Positions 1-11,124 are shown, counted from the first letter of the stretch. The stretch: 64,000 bases of DNA from Chamaesiphon sp. (GCA_965246715.1 CBDFFH010000052.1:64001-128000), one strand, 5' to 3'. The notes: generated from the sequence alone by a model not told the origin. Translations and numbers: made by a program.

Positions 1-340
1 AAGAGGTATAGTTTCGATCGATCGCATCGCGAATCAACTGTTCTATTCTTGCCGCTGATAGTTCGTTTGACATGTAATACTGGTTCCTCAACGAGCGATT
101 ATCTTTATAATCGACACAACTCAAGCAAAAATATCTATGACAATAAATTTTTGTAACAGGATGTCACTGGCGATTAGTTAGTCTTCTTTCCTAGCATAAG
201 TTCCAGACATTTCCAGCGCTCTGGCTTATTTAACTAGTCAAAAACTACTATAGTAAAAAAATCTACTTTTTGATAGATGTAACCATCGAGTCAGGTAATT
301 TAACTTTAAGTAGAGTTCATCATCTACTGGAGTTAATATT

Positions 341-862
341 ATGGAGCAGGTTCCAAGCATTCCACCTGTGATCGATAGCAACCCTAGCGACTATCAAGAC
401 AGTGGTGTAACTAGCACGGTTGCTATTGCTGGGCATCCATTTCATCCCTTGCTGGTAACATTCCCGATCGCCTTTTTGGTAGGTGCTGCAGGGACAGATA
501 TCGGTTATTGGCTAACGGGGGATGCGTTCTGGGCGAGAGCATCATTATGGCTGATCGGCTCGGGGTTTATTTCCGGTCTTGTCGCCGCAGCTACTGGCTT
601 ATCGGACTTCCTGAAAATCGATCGCGTTCGCAAACGTAGCGCTGGATGGCTACACTTATTTGGCAATATCGCTGCGTTAACACTCACCTTAATCAACTGG
701 TTGTTGCGATTTAACAATCCGGCAGCTGCTGTGTTGCCATTTGGAATTACGCTCTCGATATTAGTAGCAACGATTCTGGGTGTCACTGGTTGGTACGGTG
801 CCGAACTCGCCTATCGCCATAAAGTTGGCGTTATCGGTAGTAGTAGTCGCTACGAACGCTAG
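341..862 (+). CDS. DUF2231-type membrane protein
   Basis: GHPFHPLLVTFPI motif, four hydrophobic segments, C-terminal GAELAYRH; GGAG RBS upstream. Confidence 0.8.
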   Translation: MEQVPSIPPVIDSNPSDYQDSGVTSTVAIAGHPFHPLLVTFPIAFLVGAAGTDIGYWLTGDAFWARASLWLIGSGFISGLVAAATGLSDFLKIDRVRKRSAGWLHLFGNIAALTLTLINWLLRFNNPAAAVLPFGITLSILVATILGVTGWYGAELAYRHKVGVIGSSSRYER

Positions 863-1058
863 TAGCGATCGATGCTACAATTTGCTGGTTCGTCTACCGA
901 ATCGGAGCAGATCCGAGCTGGGTTGAGACGAGCCAACTTTCGACGTTGCTGAGACAGGTCGATTTTGGCCTTAAAAAATTGCTTGCGATCGACGATTGCA
1001 AGCCGCCGAGTGCTTTATACCTTGCGGAAATTCTGTTATCTTAAACGATCGCCAGTTC

Positions 1059-1895
1059 ATGAACAACCTCAGCCAACTCCTAGAAGAAAATTACCACGGC
1101 AGAGATCTAGAACAACGCAAACGCTGGTATTCGCCTGCGGCAAAGGCTTATTACCAAGCCAGACCTCGGTATCCCCAGATACTAATCGATCGAGTGGTGG
1201 AGCTAACGCAACTCGACGCTAGTTCATCTATTTTAGAATTAGGCTGTGGCCCCGCGATCGCCACGGTTGATTTTGCCGCATTAGGTTGTCAGTTAGTCGG
1301 AGTCGAACCGAACCCTGACTTTTATCATCTCGCACAACAAGTTTGCCAATCCTACCCCAATGTCCGACTCCAAAACTGCCCCTTTGAAGAATGGGAATTA
1401 CCAGCTCAAAAATTTGATGCGATCTTAGCTGCAACTTCGTTTCATTGGATTTCGCCCAAGATCGGCTATCCTAAAGCAGTCGCAGCTTTACGTCCGGACG
1501 GACAGCTCATCCTGCTATGGAACAAGGAACTCCAGCCGCGATTTGAGGTGTACCAACAGCTATCGGCAGTGTATCAAACCTACGCACCATTCCTAGATCG
1601 CGCCTATGAAGATACTAATACTCAAGTTGCCATTATCGATCGATTAGGACAGATGGCGATTGAGTCTGGTTACTTTCAAGATTTAGTCTCTGAGTGGGTG
1701 GAGGTGAAAGTAAATTACTCGATCGATCGCTATTTATTAGTATTAAATACTTATTCAAATCATTTGAAACTAGGCTCGCTCCAGAAGGAAAAGTTATTCG
1801 ATCGATTGCGACAGGTATTAGCAAAAGATGGCGATAATATAGAGTTATCGTATGTTTCTGCTTTTCAGATCGCCAGACCAAAGCAATCGGTCTAG
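1059..1895 (+). CDS. class I SAM-dependent methyltransferase
   Basis: ILELGCGP SAM motif, AATSFHWI; ATG at 1059 preferred over the ORF-track start at 996. Confidence 0.85.
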   Translation: MNNLSQLLEENYHGRDLEQRKRWYSPAAKAYYQARPRYPQILIDRVVELTQLDASSSILELGCGPAIATVDFAALGCQLVGVEPNPDFYHLAQQVCQSYPNVRLQNCPFEEWELPAQKFDAILAATSFHWISPKIGYPKAVAALRPDGQLILLWNKELQPRFEVYQQLSAVYQTYAPFLDRAYEDTNTQVAIIDRLGQMAIESGYFQDLVSEWVEVKVNYSIDRYLLVLNTYSNHLKLGSLQKEKLFDRLRQVLAKDGDNIELSYVSAFQIARPKQSV

Positions 1896-2185
1896 ATTTG
1901 CGAGTTTGAGCCGATCTCTATAGAATAGAGCGCAGCCAATGTGTTGGGTGGGTGGTAGATTGCCCCATCCCTAATTTCTTACGTCAAATTGCTCGATCTC
2001 GATCGATTATAAATCGATATTTAGGCGATGTGATATTATTTTCAGTAAGATAATTTACCTGAAAAATACCGCTTCTAAAGTATCTCCAACTAGCACGGAT
2101 TAGCCGTTGTTAATCGAAGGTACTAATGTTTTGCGTCTAGATATTTGGGCAATTGTTCATTCGCTTTATAAATTCACTCAAACTG

Positions 2186-2551
2186 ATGAAATCAAGATCT
2201 ATTATCTCAGCAATCTCGATCGGCTTAGTTGCTAGTTTTAGCACGATCTATGCTGCCACAGCAGAAATCTATAAAACTGACAAGCAAGCAGTAATCGTTA
2301 CTGGCTTAGAACCAAAGAGTACGCACACAGTCCAAACAACTACCGCCAAAGGTAAAAGTAATACTAGGAAACAAAAAGCCGCAAATTCTTGTGGGGAGTT
2401 ATTAATTACCAGTGGGGCCAAGTATCCAACGCTCTTAGTCGATACTCAGACGATTACCACCAGTAGTTTGTCTACCAAAGTACATGCTGCTTGTAAGGCT
2501 CCTAAAAAGACTAAAGTATCTACAACTTCATCAACAACTACCAATCCATAA
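2186..2551 (+). CDS. small secreted Lys/Thr-rich hypothetical protein
   Basis: MKSRSIISAISIGLVASFSTIYAATA reads as a signal peptide; two Cys; ATG at 2186. Confidence 0.65.
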   Translation: MKSRSIISAISIGLVASFSTIYAATAEIYKTDKQAVIVTGLEPKSTHTVQTTTAKGKSNTRKQKAANSCGELLITSGAKYPTLLVDTQTITTSSLSTKVHAACKAPKKTKVSTTSSTTTNP

Positions 2552-2574
2552 TAATTAACTCTCGATCGTTAATT

Positions 2575-2737
2575 AACCCAAGTTGCCACCTACACTCAAA
2601 GTGGTTAAAACCACTCCTCGTGATGCAAAGTCCGCCTTCGCGGACTGAATATCCTAGTCCGCGAAGGCGGACTTTGTATCATTAGCCGCGACTTCAGTCG
2701 CAGGCAAGGAATAGTTTGATTGTGTAGGCGAGACTTC
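2575..2737. mobile_element. MITE-like element, degenerate right end
   Basis: starts AACCCAAGTTGCCACC; shares the AAAGTCCGCCTTCGCGGACT..AGTCCGCGAAGGCGGACTT and GCGACTTCAGTCGC hairpins with 4671-4825. Confidence 0.7.
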
Positions 2738-2811
2738 CAGTCACCAGCCATACAAGTTTTGTAAGTCAATTAGCTCAAGCATTTTGCAACGCGACAGTTA
2801 GTGCTTCAAGC

Positions 2812-3363
2812 TTAATCGGTTGAGATGGCGGGTGTTTTTAATACCGTTGGAATCGCCTCAAAAATTCGATCGACAATTTCTTGCGGCGAGAGCGGAGATC
2901 TAATCGGAATTCGTAAGTCGGCAGCGGCATAGCGATCGCGCCGAACTGACAACAGCTGCTCTAATGTAGAATAAAGTTCGCCTGGGGTATCGAGCAGGGG
3001 GCGACTATCATCATCTTGCAACCGTTGGACAAGCAAATCGATCGAAGCATCCAGCCAGATGACTAAGCCTTGCTGTAAGTGATTCCAATTTTCTAGCTTA
3101 GTTATAATCCCCCCTCCAGTGGAGACGATTAGCCGCGTGTAAGCAGAGATGTCTGCTAATACCTGGGATTCGAGCTGCCGAAATTTAGTCTCCCCTGCGG
3201 TTTGAAAAATTTCCTTGACACTTTGACCGACGATTTTTTCGATCGTGGCATCGGTATCTAAAAATCGGTACTCGGGATGTTCCGCGAGTAATTTCCCGAT
3301 GGTGGTTTTACCCGAACCCGGCATCCCAATGAGATAAATGTTTAGTCCTTGGATATCAAACAT
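2812..3363 (-). CDS. aroK: shikimate kinase
   Basis: IYLIGMPGSGKTT P-loop, STGGG, RPLL; start M at 3363. Confidence 0.92.
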   Translation of the reverse strand: MFDIQGLNIYLIGMPGSGKTTIGKLLAEHPEYRFLDTDATIEKIVGQSVKEIFQTAGETKFRQLESQVLADISAYTRLIVSTGGGIITKLENWNHLQQGLVIWLDASIDLLVQRLQDDDSRPLLDTPGELYSTLEQLLSVRRDRYAAADLRIPIRSPLSPQEIVDRIFEAIPTVLKTPAISTD

Positions 3364-3402
3364 AGTTATTAGTGACTGATGGTTAGTCACTGGCACGATC
3401 GA

Positions 3403-3585
3403 TTATTTTTTGGTGGGGTCTACTACTTCCAGTTCGGACAGGCGGAATGTCACCATTTTGTCCCAATTGCCACCTTCAAAGATCACCGCAGCTTTCCCAT
3501 CGGTAACACGCTGGACGAATCCTTGGAAGCCAAAATAAATGTCGTTGCTATTTTTGACGCGAATGGTCGAACCAGGCAAAATCAT
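3403..3585 (-). CDS. ndhS: NDH-1 subunit S
   Basis: [10 protein letters not shown]...[32 protein letters not shown] matches the cyanobacterial NdhS pattern. Confidence 0.9.
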   Translation of the reverse strand: MILPGSTIRVKNSNDIYFGFQGFVQRVTDGKAAVIFEGGNWDKMVTFRLSELEVVDPTKK

Positions 3586-3681
3586 AAGGCGATCGCACTC
3601 AACACTTGGGACTAAAATCTAGTTTATCTTAATTCGTCATGCTCCTGGCGATCGTTCCTGGTCGATCTTGCTGTTACTCTG

Positions 3682-4626
3682 TTACTGCACGCTGGCAATG
3701 ACAGTGCGATGACGTGGAGTATTGGCAGTAATCGTCGGAGCTTGAAATCCAGCATCGATCAGTGCTTGGGCGATATCTAGCGTGAAATAGCGATCGAGAT
3801 ATGGTTCGGTACTTTTGAGCAATGTCAAAATGTAGGGTGCCATTTGACGGTAGATTTCTGACTGGGGATTCATATCCATGATGGCGATATGTCCGCCTGG
3901 TTTGAGCAAGCGTTTGGCTTCTTGGAAAATCTCGCGGGTTGCTGTCTGCGGTAGCTCGTGACAGATCAAAAATAGCGATACCAAATCGTAACTCGCAGCA
4001 GGTAATCCGGTTGCTTCGCCTGTAGCGTGAACCCAATCGATATTTTGAGTGTGGTTTTGCTCAGCGCGATAATTTGCCACTGTGAGAAAGTATGGGGATA
4101 AATCCACCCCGGTTAGATGTGCCTGTGGATAAACTTCTTGGAGCGCCAGCGTACTCATCCCGACGCTACAACCGATATCGACGATCGAGCGTGGGGGTGT
4201 AGGGATAGCTTGGGTAATCAGATCGTGATAGCTTTGGCGCAGGCGAGCATCTCCCGATCTGCCAGTTTCGGCAAAGATTTTGGCATGGACGGAATAAGCC
4301 GCCACTTCGACTTCCATTGCTGCATCCCAGCTCATATTGCCTCGATCGTAAGCATGAAACGAGGTGAGGTAGTAATCGGGATACTTGAGATCGGGGTTGG
4401 CAATCTGGGCTAAATCTGCCTCCCATTGTGGTGAAAATGCCGCCTCACCGCCGCGCGATCGCAAAAACTTCACATCATCCCGCCACGCCACACCGATCGC
4501 TTCAGCCCGTTTGATAATCAATCCGCGCGCACGCTCTTTGGCAAATTTTGCGAGCGGGGGGATGGACAGGAGACTATTTACCAATTGGCTGACGATGCGG
4601 TCGGTTGGATTGATGGTAGCTGTCAT
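3682..4626 (-). CDS. class I SAM-dependent methyltransferase
   Basis: YPDYYLTSFHAYDRGN, VDIGCSVGMST, GVDLSPY; start at MTAT (4626) because the extension runs into a MITE. Confidence 0.85.
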   Translation of the reverse strand: MTATINPTDRIVSQLVNSLLSIPPLAKFAKERARGLIIKRAEAIGVAWRDDVKFLRSRGGEAAFSPQWEADLAQIANPDLKYPDYYLTSFHAYDRGNMSWDAAMEVEVAAYSVHAKIFAETGRSGDARLRQSYHDLITQAIPTPPRSIVDIGCSVGMSTLALQEVYPQAHLTGVDLSPYFLTVANYRAEQNHTQNIDWVHATGEATGLPAASYDLVSLFLICHELPQTATREIFQEAKRLLKPGGHIAIMDMNPQSEIYRQMAPYILTLLKSTEPYLDRYFTLDIAQALIDAGFQAPTITANTPRHRTVIASVQ

Positions 4627-4670
4627 AATTGCAGAGTCGATCGAATTTTTGCTGTTGACTTCTATTGTAT

Positions 4671-4825
4671 AACCCAAGTTGCTACCCATAACCCCAGCGG
4701 TTAGAAACCGCCGCTCGGAGTGCAAAGTCCGCCTTCGCGGACTAATAATTCAGTCCGCGAAGGCGGACTTCGCATCATTAGCCGCGACTTCAGTCGCAGG
4801 CAAGAAATAGGTAGCAACTTGGGTT
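4671..4825. mobile_element. MITE with 16-bp perfect TIRs
   Basis: AACCCAAGTTGCTACC (4671-4686) / GGTAGCAACTTGGGTT (4810-4825); GTAT on both flanks; internal hairpins. Confidence 0.8.
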
Positions 4826-4954
4826 GTATAGTTGCCTAGCCCCAATCCCCTCGGTGCGATCGATCTCCATCGTTGTCTGGGCATAATCATAAATAGATAA
4901 TCTCCCTAACCAATTAGCCGCCAGCGATTGAATGCCGCTAATCGACAACAATAA

Positions 4955-5713
4955 ATGACCGAATTCATCCAGATTGGTGATTTTCAAGTACCCCAGGCGG
5001 AATTATTTCCGCTGCTGGGGAAATACCAACTTTTGCCCGCTGTAATGCGCGAACTGACGATCGATCTGGCGATTGAGGCGATCGAGTGTAATGCTGATGA
5101 AACCAGCTCGGCGCTCGAACGATTCGGCGAGCGTTACCAACTGACATCGATCGAGCAGATCCAGCAGTGGGGTATCCTACAAGGATTAAATTCACTGCAA
5201 CTGGAACAGATTGCAATTCGCCAGCTAAAAATCGAGAAATTTAAACAGCAAACTTGGGGCACAAAGATCGCATCCTATTTTCTCAAACGCAAAGGACAAC
5301 TCGATAAAGCAGTTTATTCATTGATTCGGACGAGTAATATCGGGATCGCCCAAGAAATCTATTTTCGGACGATCGATGGCGAACAAACTTTTGCCGAAGC
5401 TGCTAGTAAATACTCAGAAGGGATCGAGGCGCACACTGGCGGATCGATCGGCCCAGTCGAACTTAGCGTCCCACATCCAGCGATTGCCAAATTAATTGCC
5501 ACCCAGCCACTCGGCCAAATTTGCCCGCCGCTGCAGATCGATCGGTGGTATGCGATCGTCCGTCCCGATCGACTGATTCCCGCCCAACTGGATGCAGCCA
5601 TGCGTCAACGTTTGCTCGACGAACTCTTCCAAATTTGGGTGGAAGAGCAAATCCGCGTAACCAATCTCCCAGTTTCGGCATCACCTGCGGTCACAGTACC
5701 GCTACGATTGTAA
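4955..5713 (+). CDS. PpiC-type peptidyl-prolyl isomerase associated with T1SS
   Basis: VYSLIRT...FAEAASKYSEG.EA.TGG.IGPV rotamase pattern; upstream of hlyB/hlyD. Confidence 0.85.
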   Translation: MTEFIQIGDFQVPQAELFPLLGKYQLLPAVMRELTIDLAIEAIECNADETSSALERFGERYQLTSIEQIQQWGILQGLNSLQLEQIAIRQLKIEKFKQQTWGTKIASYFLKRKGQLDKAVYSLIRTSNIGIAQEIYFRTIDGEQTFAEAASKYSEGIEAHTGGSIGPVELSVPHPAIAKLIATQPLGQICPPLQIDRWYAIVRPDRLIPAQLDAAMRQRLLDELFQIWVEEQIRVTNLPVSASPAVTVPLRL

Positions 5714-5951
5714 AATGGCAGTTTACGCGATCGGATCTCATCGTTCGTTCGGCTGTTGCGATTTGCAACACATCTATTTTCTAAACCCAGACAATTTTTA
5801 GTCGATTTCGCTAGGTGTGATGAAATTATCTCAGTAATTGTATCTAAATCGCAGACAATCGATCGAAAGTGCGATATTATATCACCAATTTGGAGTACGA
5901 GTGAGACAAAGTTATCTTTGAGACTATTTGGAATTTTAGATTACGTACACT

Positions 5952-5973
5952 AGTCCCCAGTCCCCAGTCCCCG
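5952..5973 (+). repeat. heptameric tandem repeat (AGTCCCC)x3, STRR-type
   Basis: tagtccccagtccccagtcccc. Confidence 0.8.
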
Positions 5974-5978
5974 CAACG

Positions 5979-8900
5979 ATGACTTCTACCTACACTAAAA
6001 TCTACGATTTCTTTGCTAGTCTGTTACCCTTTGCGCAATTGCCAAAGGAGGATCTGACCGAATTATCCGAGCGATCGCAGTTTATTCGCTATCGGATGGG
6101 TCAAACGGTGCTGATGCGGGAGCAGATGCCCGCCCAGATTATTATTGTGTTCTCTGGTCAAGTGCGACTGTTGGGGTACAATCCCCAAAACCAGATGCCA
6201 ACTACGCTGCAACTGTTGGAAAAAGGGGAAATTATCGGCTGGGCTGGGGTAGTGCGCAAGCGAGCTTGCGAAACTGCAATCGCCTCGACGGAAGCAGTCT
6301 GTATTAATGTGCCTGTTGCTTATTTCCAGCAGTTAGTCGATCGCACGCCGCAATTAGAGGCATTGTTCTATCATGGTACGCCCCTAATCGAGGTTTACGA
6401 TCTACTAGCGCAGCACCTCCAAGACCGCCCCGATGGGGATGCTTTGCTAAGATCGTTTGGTGCCGAAGATCTCCGCGAACTCGCGCTCAAATTATCGCCC
6501 CAAACGACGATTCGCAATCTGGAACCGGGGAGAATTCGCATTGCCGATCTCGATCCGCAACGCAGTTGGTTTGTTAGTAATGGTCGGATTGAGGATTTTC
6601 CGATCGGGAGTGCGATCGAACCTTATGTCTACTCACCTGATAAACTTTTAGAAATTGTCAAGCCCGATCGCGCCAGGTTGGTTGGCGTTCCACTGTTGGA
6701 GGTTTACGATGCAATTACGGGCGAACTGAGTTCGAGTTTTGCAACCGAAACGAGTAGCTTTGCACCGACACAACTGGGGATTCCTTATGCACCCGACGTA
6801 CCAGTGGCGGTCGAGACAACAGGAGATCGGCCACAGCAGCACCGGAAGGTCAAATATCCGATTTTCAAGGGTAGAGGCCCGCTAGATGGATCGATCGCTT
6901 GCTTTAAGATGCTGTGTAAGTACATGCAAGTGCCGTTTCGACCGGATGTTGTCGGAAGGTTACTTAAAAATCAAATCAATAGCACGGGTAGCGCACCACT
7001 ACAATTATGTGGGGCGATCGCTGAAATGCTCGGGATCAATTCCCAAATGGTCAAGATTCCGACAGAATCGCTCGCCAAGCTGCAAGCACCATTAATGATT
7101 GCTTGGCAAGATAGTTTTGCGATCGTCTATGAAATTACCCCCAAAGAACTGACGCTTGGCACTCCTGAATCCGGATTGCGCCGCTTTAAAACCGAGGCTT
7201 TTGCTGAAACCTGGGGCGAAGGCGGCGAGGTATTATTGCTCCAACGCAGCAACGATGCGCCGAAAGAAAAGTTTGGCATTCGCTGGTTTATTCCCGCCAT
7301 TCAAAAGCATAAGCGCGTCCTGATCGAAGTGTTGATTGCGTCGCTGTTCGTGCAGATCTTCGGACTGGCGAACCCGTTACTGACACAGCTAATTATCGAC
7401 AAAGTAATCGGTAATAATAGCGTGACTACGCTCAATACCTTTGGATCGCTATTAGTAATCCTTGCAGTGGTCGAAGGGATTTTGACCACGCTGCGAACGA
7501 ATCTATTCGTCGATACCACCAACCGGATCGATCTCAGCCTCGGTGCCGAGATTATCGACCACTTATTCCGTCTCCCGCTCAAATATTTCGAGCGTCGTCC
7601 CGTTGGGGAACTCGCAACACGGATCAACGAGCTAGAAAATATCCGTCAATTTTTAACTGGGACGGCGCTAACTGTCGTACTCGATGCGATCTTCTCGGTA
7701 ATCTATATCGCGGTCATGATCGCCTATAGTTGGTTGCTGACGATCGTGGCACTGGCAACTTTACCCGCCTTCGTCTTGCTAACTTGGATCGTATCGCCGA
7801 TCGTGCGCGGCCAATTGCGCACCAAAGCCGAACGCAATGCCGAATCACAATCATATCTCGTCGAAGTTATGGGTGGGATTCAAACCATCAAAGCGCAGAA
7901 TATCGAATTGCGATCGCGGTGGCAATGGCAGACTAAATACGCTCGCTATGTCAGTGCTGGGTTTAAGACGGCAATTACTTCGACTACCGCCGGATCGATT
8001 AGCGGCTTTCTCAACAAACTTTCTGGATTGCTATTACTCTGGGTCGGGACTTATTTAGTCTTAGACAAACAACTCACTTTGGGCGAATTAATTGCCTTCC
8101 GGATTATCGCTGGTTATACCACTCAGCCGCTGCTGCGCTTGGTACAACTATGGCAAAACTTCCAAGAAACCGCCCTATCACTCGAACGGTTGAGCGATAT
8201 CCTCGACACTCCTCAGGAAGTGGACGAAAATAACATCAACAACATCACCATGCCGCTAATTGAGGGGCATGTCAAAATCGAAAATCTCACCTTTAGTTTT
8301 CCCGGTACCGGTGTCAACCAACTGAATAATATCAATGCGGAATTTGCCGCCGGACAATTCGTTGGGATCGTCGGCTTGAGCGGCTCGGGTAAAAGTACTT
8401 TAATGAAGCTAATTCCGCGCTTGTATGAGATTAATTCGGGGCGGATCGTCATCGACAAATACGATATTACCAAAACCGAACTCTACTCCTATCGTCAACA
8501 AATTGGGATGGTGTTGCAGGATACGCTGTTATTTAGTGGCTCGATTCAAGAAAATATCGCCCTAACTAATCCCGATGCGACATCGGAAGATATTATTGCA
8601 GCGGCTAAAGTGGCAGCGGCACATGACTTCATCATGGAGCTACCGAATGGTTATAACACCAGAGTTGGCGAGCGGGGTGCGGCACTTTCTGGCGGCCAGC
8701 GCCAACGGGTCGCGATCGCGCGCACCGTATTACAAAAGCCGCGCATGTTGATTCTCGATGAAGCAACCAGTGCCCTCGACTACGATAGCGAACGCCAAGT
8801 CTGCTACAATCTCGCCGAAACATTCAAACATCAGACCGTGTTTTTTATTACCCACCGGTTGAGTGCGATTAAGAGTGCGGATGTCATCCTGATGATGGAT

Positions 8901-8996
8901 AAAGGTTCGATCGTCGAACAAGGTACTCATGCTGAATTAATGGCCTTGCAGGGTCGTTATTACTGTCTCTATCAGCAACAAGAATCTCAGGTTTAG
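5979..8996 (+). CDS. type I secretion ABC transporter (cNMP-binding + C39-like + TMD + ATPase), HlyB family
   Basis: Walker A GLSGSGKST, LSGGQRQR, ILDEATSALD; N-terminal cNMP-like domain; C39-like region lacks the usual DCG motif. Confidence 0.9.
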   Translation: MTSTYTKIYDFFASLLPFAQLPKEDLTELSERSQFIRYRMGQTVLMREQMPAQIIIVFSGQVRLLGYNPQNQMPTTLQLLEKGEIIGWAGVVRKRACETAIASTEAVCINVPVAYFQQLVDRTPQLEALFYHGTPLIEVYDLLAQHLQDRPDGDALLRSFGAEDLRELALKLSPQTTIRNLEPGRIRIADLDPQRSWFVSNGRIEDFPIGSAIEPYVYSPDKLLEIVKPDRARLVGVPLLEVYDAITGELSSSFATETSSFAPTQLGIPYAPDVPVAVETTGDRPQQHRKVKYPIFKGRGPLDGSIACFKMLCKYMQVPFRPDVVGRLLKNQINSTGSAPLQLCGAIAEMLGINSQMVKIPTESLAKLQAPLMIAWQDSFAIVYEITPKELTLGTPESGLRRFKTEAFAETWGEGGEVLLLQRSNDAPKEKFGIRWFIPAIQKHKRVLIEVLIASLFVQIFGLANPLLTQLIIDKVIGNNSVTTLNTFGSLLVILAVVEGILTTLRTNLFVDTTNRIDLSLGAEIIDHLFRLPLKYFERRPVGELATRINELENIRQFLTGTALTVVLDAIFSVIYIAVMIAYSWLLTIVALATLPAFVLLTWIVSPIVRGQLRTKAERNAESQSYLVEVMGGIQTIKAQNIELRSRWQWQTKYARYVSAGFKTAITSTTAGSISGFLNKLSGLLLLWVGTYLVLDKQLTLGELIAFRIIAGYTTQPLLRLVQLWQNFQETALSLERLSDILDTPQEVDENNINNITMPLIEGHVKIENLTFSFPGTGVNQLNNINAEFAAGQFVGIVGLSGSGKSTLMKLIPRLYEINSGRIVIDKYDITKTELYSYRQQIGMVLQDTLLFSGSIQENIALTNPDATSEDIIAAAKVAAAHDFIMELPNGYNTRVGERGAALSGGQRQRVAIARTVLQKPRMLILDEATSALDYDSERQVCYNLAETFKHQTVFFITHRLSAIKSADVILMMDKGSIVEQGTHAELMALQGRYYCLYQQQESQV

Positions 8997-9029
8997 TGAG
9001 CAGTGAACAGTGAACAGTGAACAGTCAAC
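8996..9029 (+). repeat. heptameric tandem repeat (CAGTGAA)n
   Basis: gtgagcagtgaacagtgaacagtgaacagtcaac. Confidence 0.8.
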
Positions 9030-9095
9030 GGTGGATAGGGGATAGGTGGCGAGATATTCAGTTTGAATTTTAAAACTCATTAATAATTAAAAAAG

Positions 9096-10904
9096 ATGTT
9101 AAATACTTCAAATCCAGATCCTAACGATAAGACTCCGCAAGATCGGAGCAAAGTTGCCAAACGGAAAATCACTGCCGAACCGACACCACGCCAGATTCAG
9201 CAGCCGATTAATGAGACTTATCAACCCGAAGAATTCGGTCAAGCGGTAGTATTCCAACAATCGCGCGGCTGGTCGAGAGGCATTATTTGGACGATTATGG
9301 GGGTTACGACTGGTTTGGTCGCCTGGGCTTGTTTTGCCCCCCTCGAAGAAGCAGTTCCCGCTACTGGTAAGCTCGAACCGATCGGTAAAGTTAAAGATGT
9401 TCAGGTACCAGTAGCTGGGGTCGTCAAAGAGGTAGCGATTAAGGATGGCGATAAAGTTACTAAAGGTCAAAAACTGTTGAGTTTAGAATCGACAGTTTCC
9501 AAAGGTCAACTGGCATCGCTCGAAAATAATCTCGCCTCGATGACTGCGGAAACGAAGTTTTATCATAGCTTGCTCGGTCAAGGCATTGGCACCGTCAGTC
9601 CCCAAGATTTAGCCAAGCTAAACGTGCGTCCCGAAATTCTCGCACTGACCAAGAGCCGCAGTTCGATCCTGGCCGAAAACCAACTCTATCGTGCCGAACT
9701 CAATAACACGACCTTAGCCAATCTCACTCCCGAACAAACTCAAAGACTCCAATCTAGTCGCGCCGAACTGAGTTCGCGGCTGAGTTCCGGTAAATTAGAA
9801 ATCGACCAAGCTAACAACCAAATGCGGGAAAACCGCAACAAGCGATCGGGAATAGATACATTACTTACTAACTCTCAAGCGACGATCGCAAATATTCAAG
9901 CCAAAGCCACAGCTAAAGAATCGCAACTTGCCGCGCAAATGGCTGAAAATCGGACCCAACGCAAAAATTCGCAAGACTTATTAGCTAGCAACCAAGGGAT
10001 CCTCAATAGCTTGAAACCGGCTGTCGAAGCTGGCGCACTATCGCGCAACCAAGCGATCAAACAACAAGAAGAAGTTACTACCCGCAGTAGTGAAGTAGCT
10101 CAACTTAACGATCGATACAGTAAGTTAGAACAAGATCTTCAGGAAATAAAGGCTACTTCCCGCTTAGAAATTCAAACCCAGCAACAACAAATCGCCCAAT
10201 ACAAAAATGAGATCGCGCAACTAGACCAAGAATACAACCGTCTGGGCATGGCGACAAGTCAGAGTCGAGAGAAGCTCAAAAATAGCTTCCAGACATCTCG
10301 GAAAGATCTACTGGCGAAAATTTCAGTTAATGACAAACAAATTGCCGAAATTGACGGACAACTCAATAAATCGATCGTCGAGATCGATCGCAAAGTTGCC
10401 GAGCTAAATAGTCAGATCGCTCAAGCAAAACAAAATCTCAAGTATCAAGATATCTATGCACCCGCCAGCGGTACGGTATTCGAACTCAAAGCTGGAACGC
10501 CAGGTTTCGTCGCCAATGTGAGCGAGCCAATTTTGAAGATCGTCCCTGATAATACGCTGAATGCAAAAGTCTATATTACCAATAAAGATATCGGGTTTGT
10601 AAAAGTGGGCATGCCTGTCGATGTGCGGATCGATTCCTTCCCATATAGCGAATATGGCGATGTTAAAGGGAAGATCGTGTCGATCGGTTCTGATGCTTTA
10701 CCAGTCGATCAAACGCATCCCTACGAGCGTTTTCCGGCCACGATCGAGCTGAAAAATCAGAATCTAGTGATTAAAGGTCAACCCAAAACACTCCAATCCG
10801 GTTATGCAGTCAGTGTCAATATCAAAGTCCGCGAGCGGACGGTGATGAGTCTGATGACTGACATGATTATGAAGCAAGGAGACGGCCTCAAAACTGTCCG
10901 CTAA
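9096..10904 (+). CDS. HlyD-family membrane fusion protein
   Basis: single TM, ATGKLEP, long coiled coil, IYAPASGTVFEL, DIGFVKVGM...FPYSEYG. Confidence 0.9.
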   Translation: MLNTSNPDPNDKTPQDRSKVAKRKITAEPTPRQIQQPINETYQPEEFGQAVVFQQSRGWSRGIIWTIMGVTTGLVAWACFAPLEEAVPATGKLEPIGKVKDVQVPVAGVVKEVAIKDGDKVTKGQKLLSLESTVSKGQLASLENNLASMTAETKFYHSLLGQGIGTVSPQDLAKLNVRPEILALTKSRSSILAENQLYRAELNNTTLANLTPEQTQRLQSSRAELSSRLSSGKLEIDQANNQMRENRNKRSGIDTLLTNSQATIANIQAKATAKESQLAAQMAENRTQRKNSQDLLASNQGILNSLKPAVEAGALSRNQAIKQQEEVTTRSSEVAQLNDRYSKLEQDLQEIKATSRLEIQTQQQQIAQYKNEIAQLDQEYNRLGMATSQSREKLKNSFQTSRKDLLAKISVNDKQIAEIDGQLNKSIVEIDRKVAELNSQIAQAKQNLKYQDIYAPASGTVFELKAGTPGFVANVSEPILKIVPDNTLNAKVYITNKDIGFVKVGMPVDVRIDSFPYSEYGDVKGKIVSIGSDALPVDQTHPYERFPATIELKNQNLVIKGQPKTLQSGYAVSVNIKVRERTVMSLMTDMIMKQGDGLKTVR

Positions 10905-11043
10905 CGTTCCGTAGCTCGATGGCAGGCGTGTTACCATCGAGTGTCCAAATCCGCTGCTCCAAGGGCGAGGTTGCATCACCGAAAACTCCTACCGCAAGTT
11001 ACTAGACATACCGCTATTGGATGTGTTATCTTAGTTAAGTTGC

Positions 11044-11116
11044 GCTGGCGTAGCTCAGTTGGTAGAGCAGCTGATTTGTAATCAGCCGGTCGGGGGTTCG
11101 AATCCGTCCGCCAGCT
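11044..11116 (+). tRNA. trnT: tRNA-Thr(TGT)
   Basis: GCTGGCG acceptor stem, AGCTCAGTTGGTAGAGC D-arm, CTGAT-TT-TGT-AA-TCAG anticodon arm, GGTTCGAATCC T-arm. Confidence 0.95.
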
Positions 11117-11124
11117 TTCAAATG

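Noticed and set aside
11044..11116. tRNA-anchored integrative element
   Set aside because: No duplicated tRNA 3' end or integrase was noticed for either tRNA
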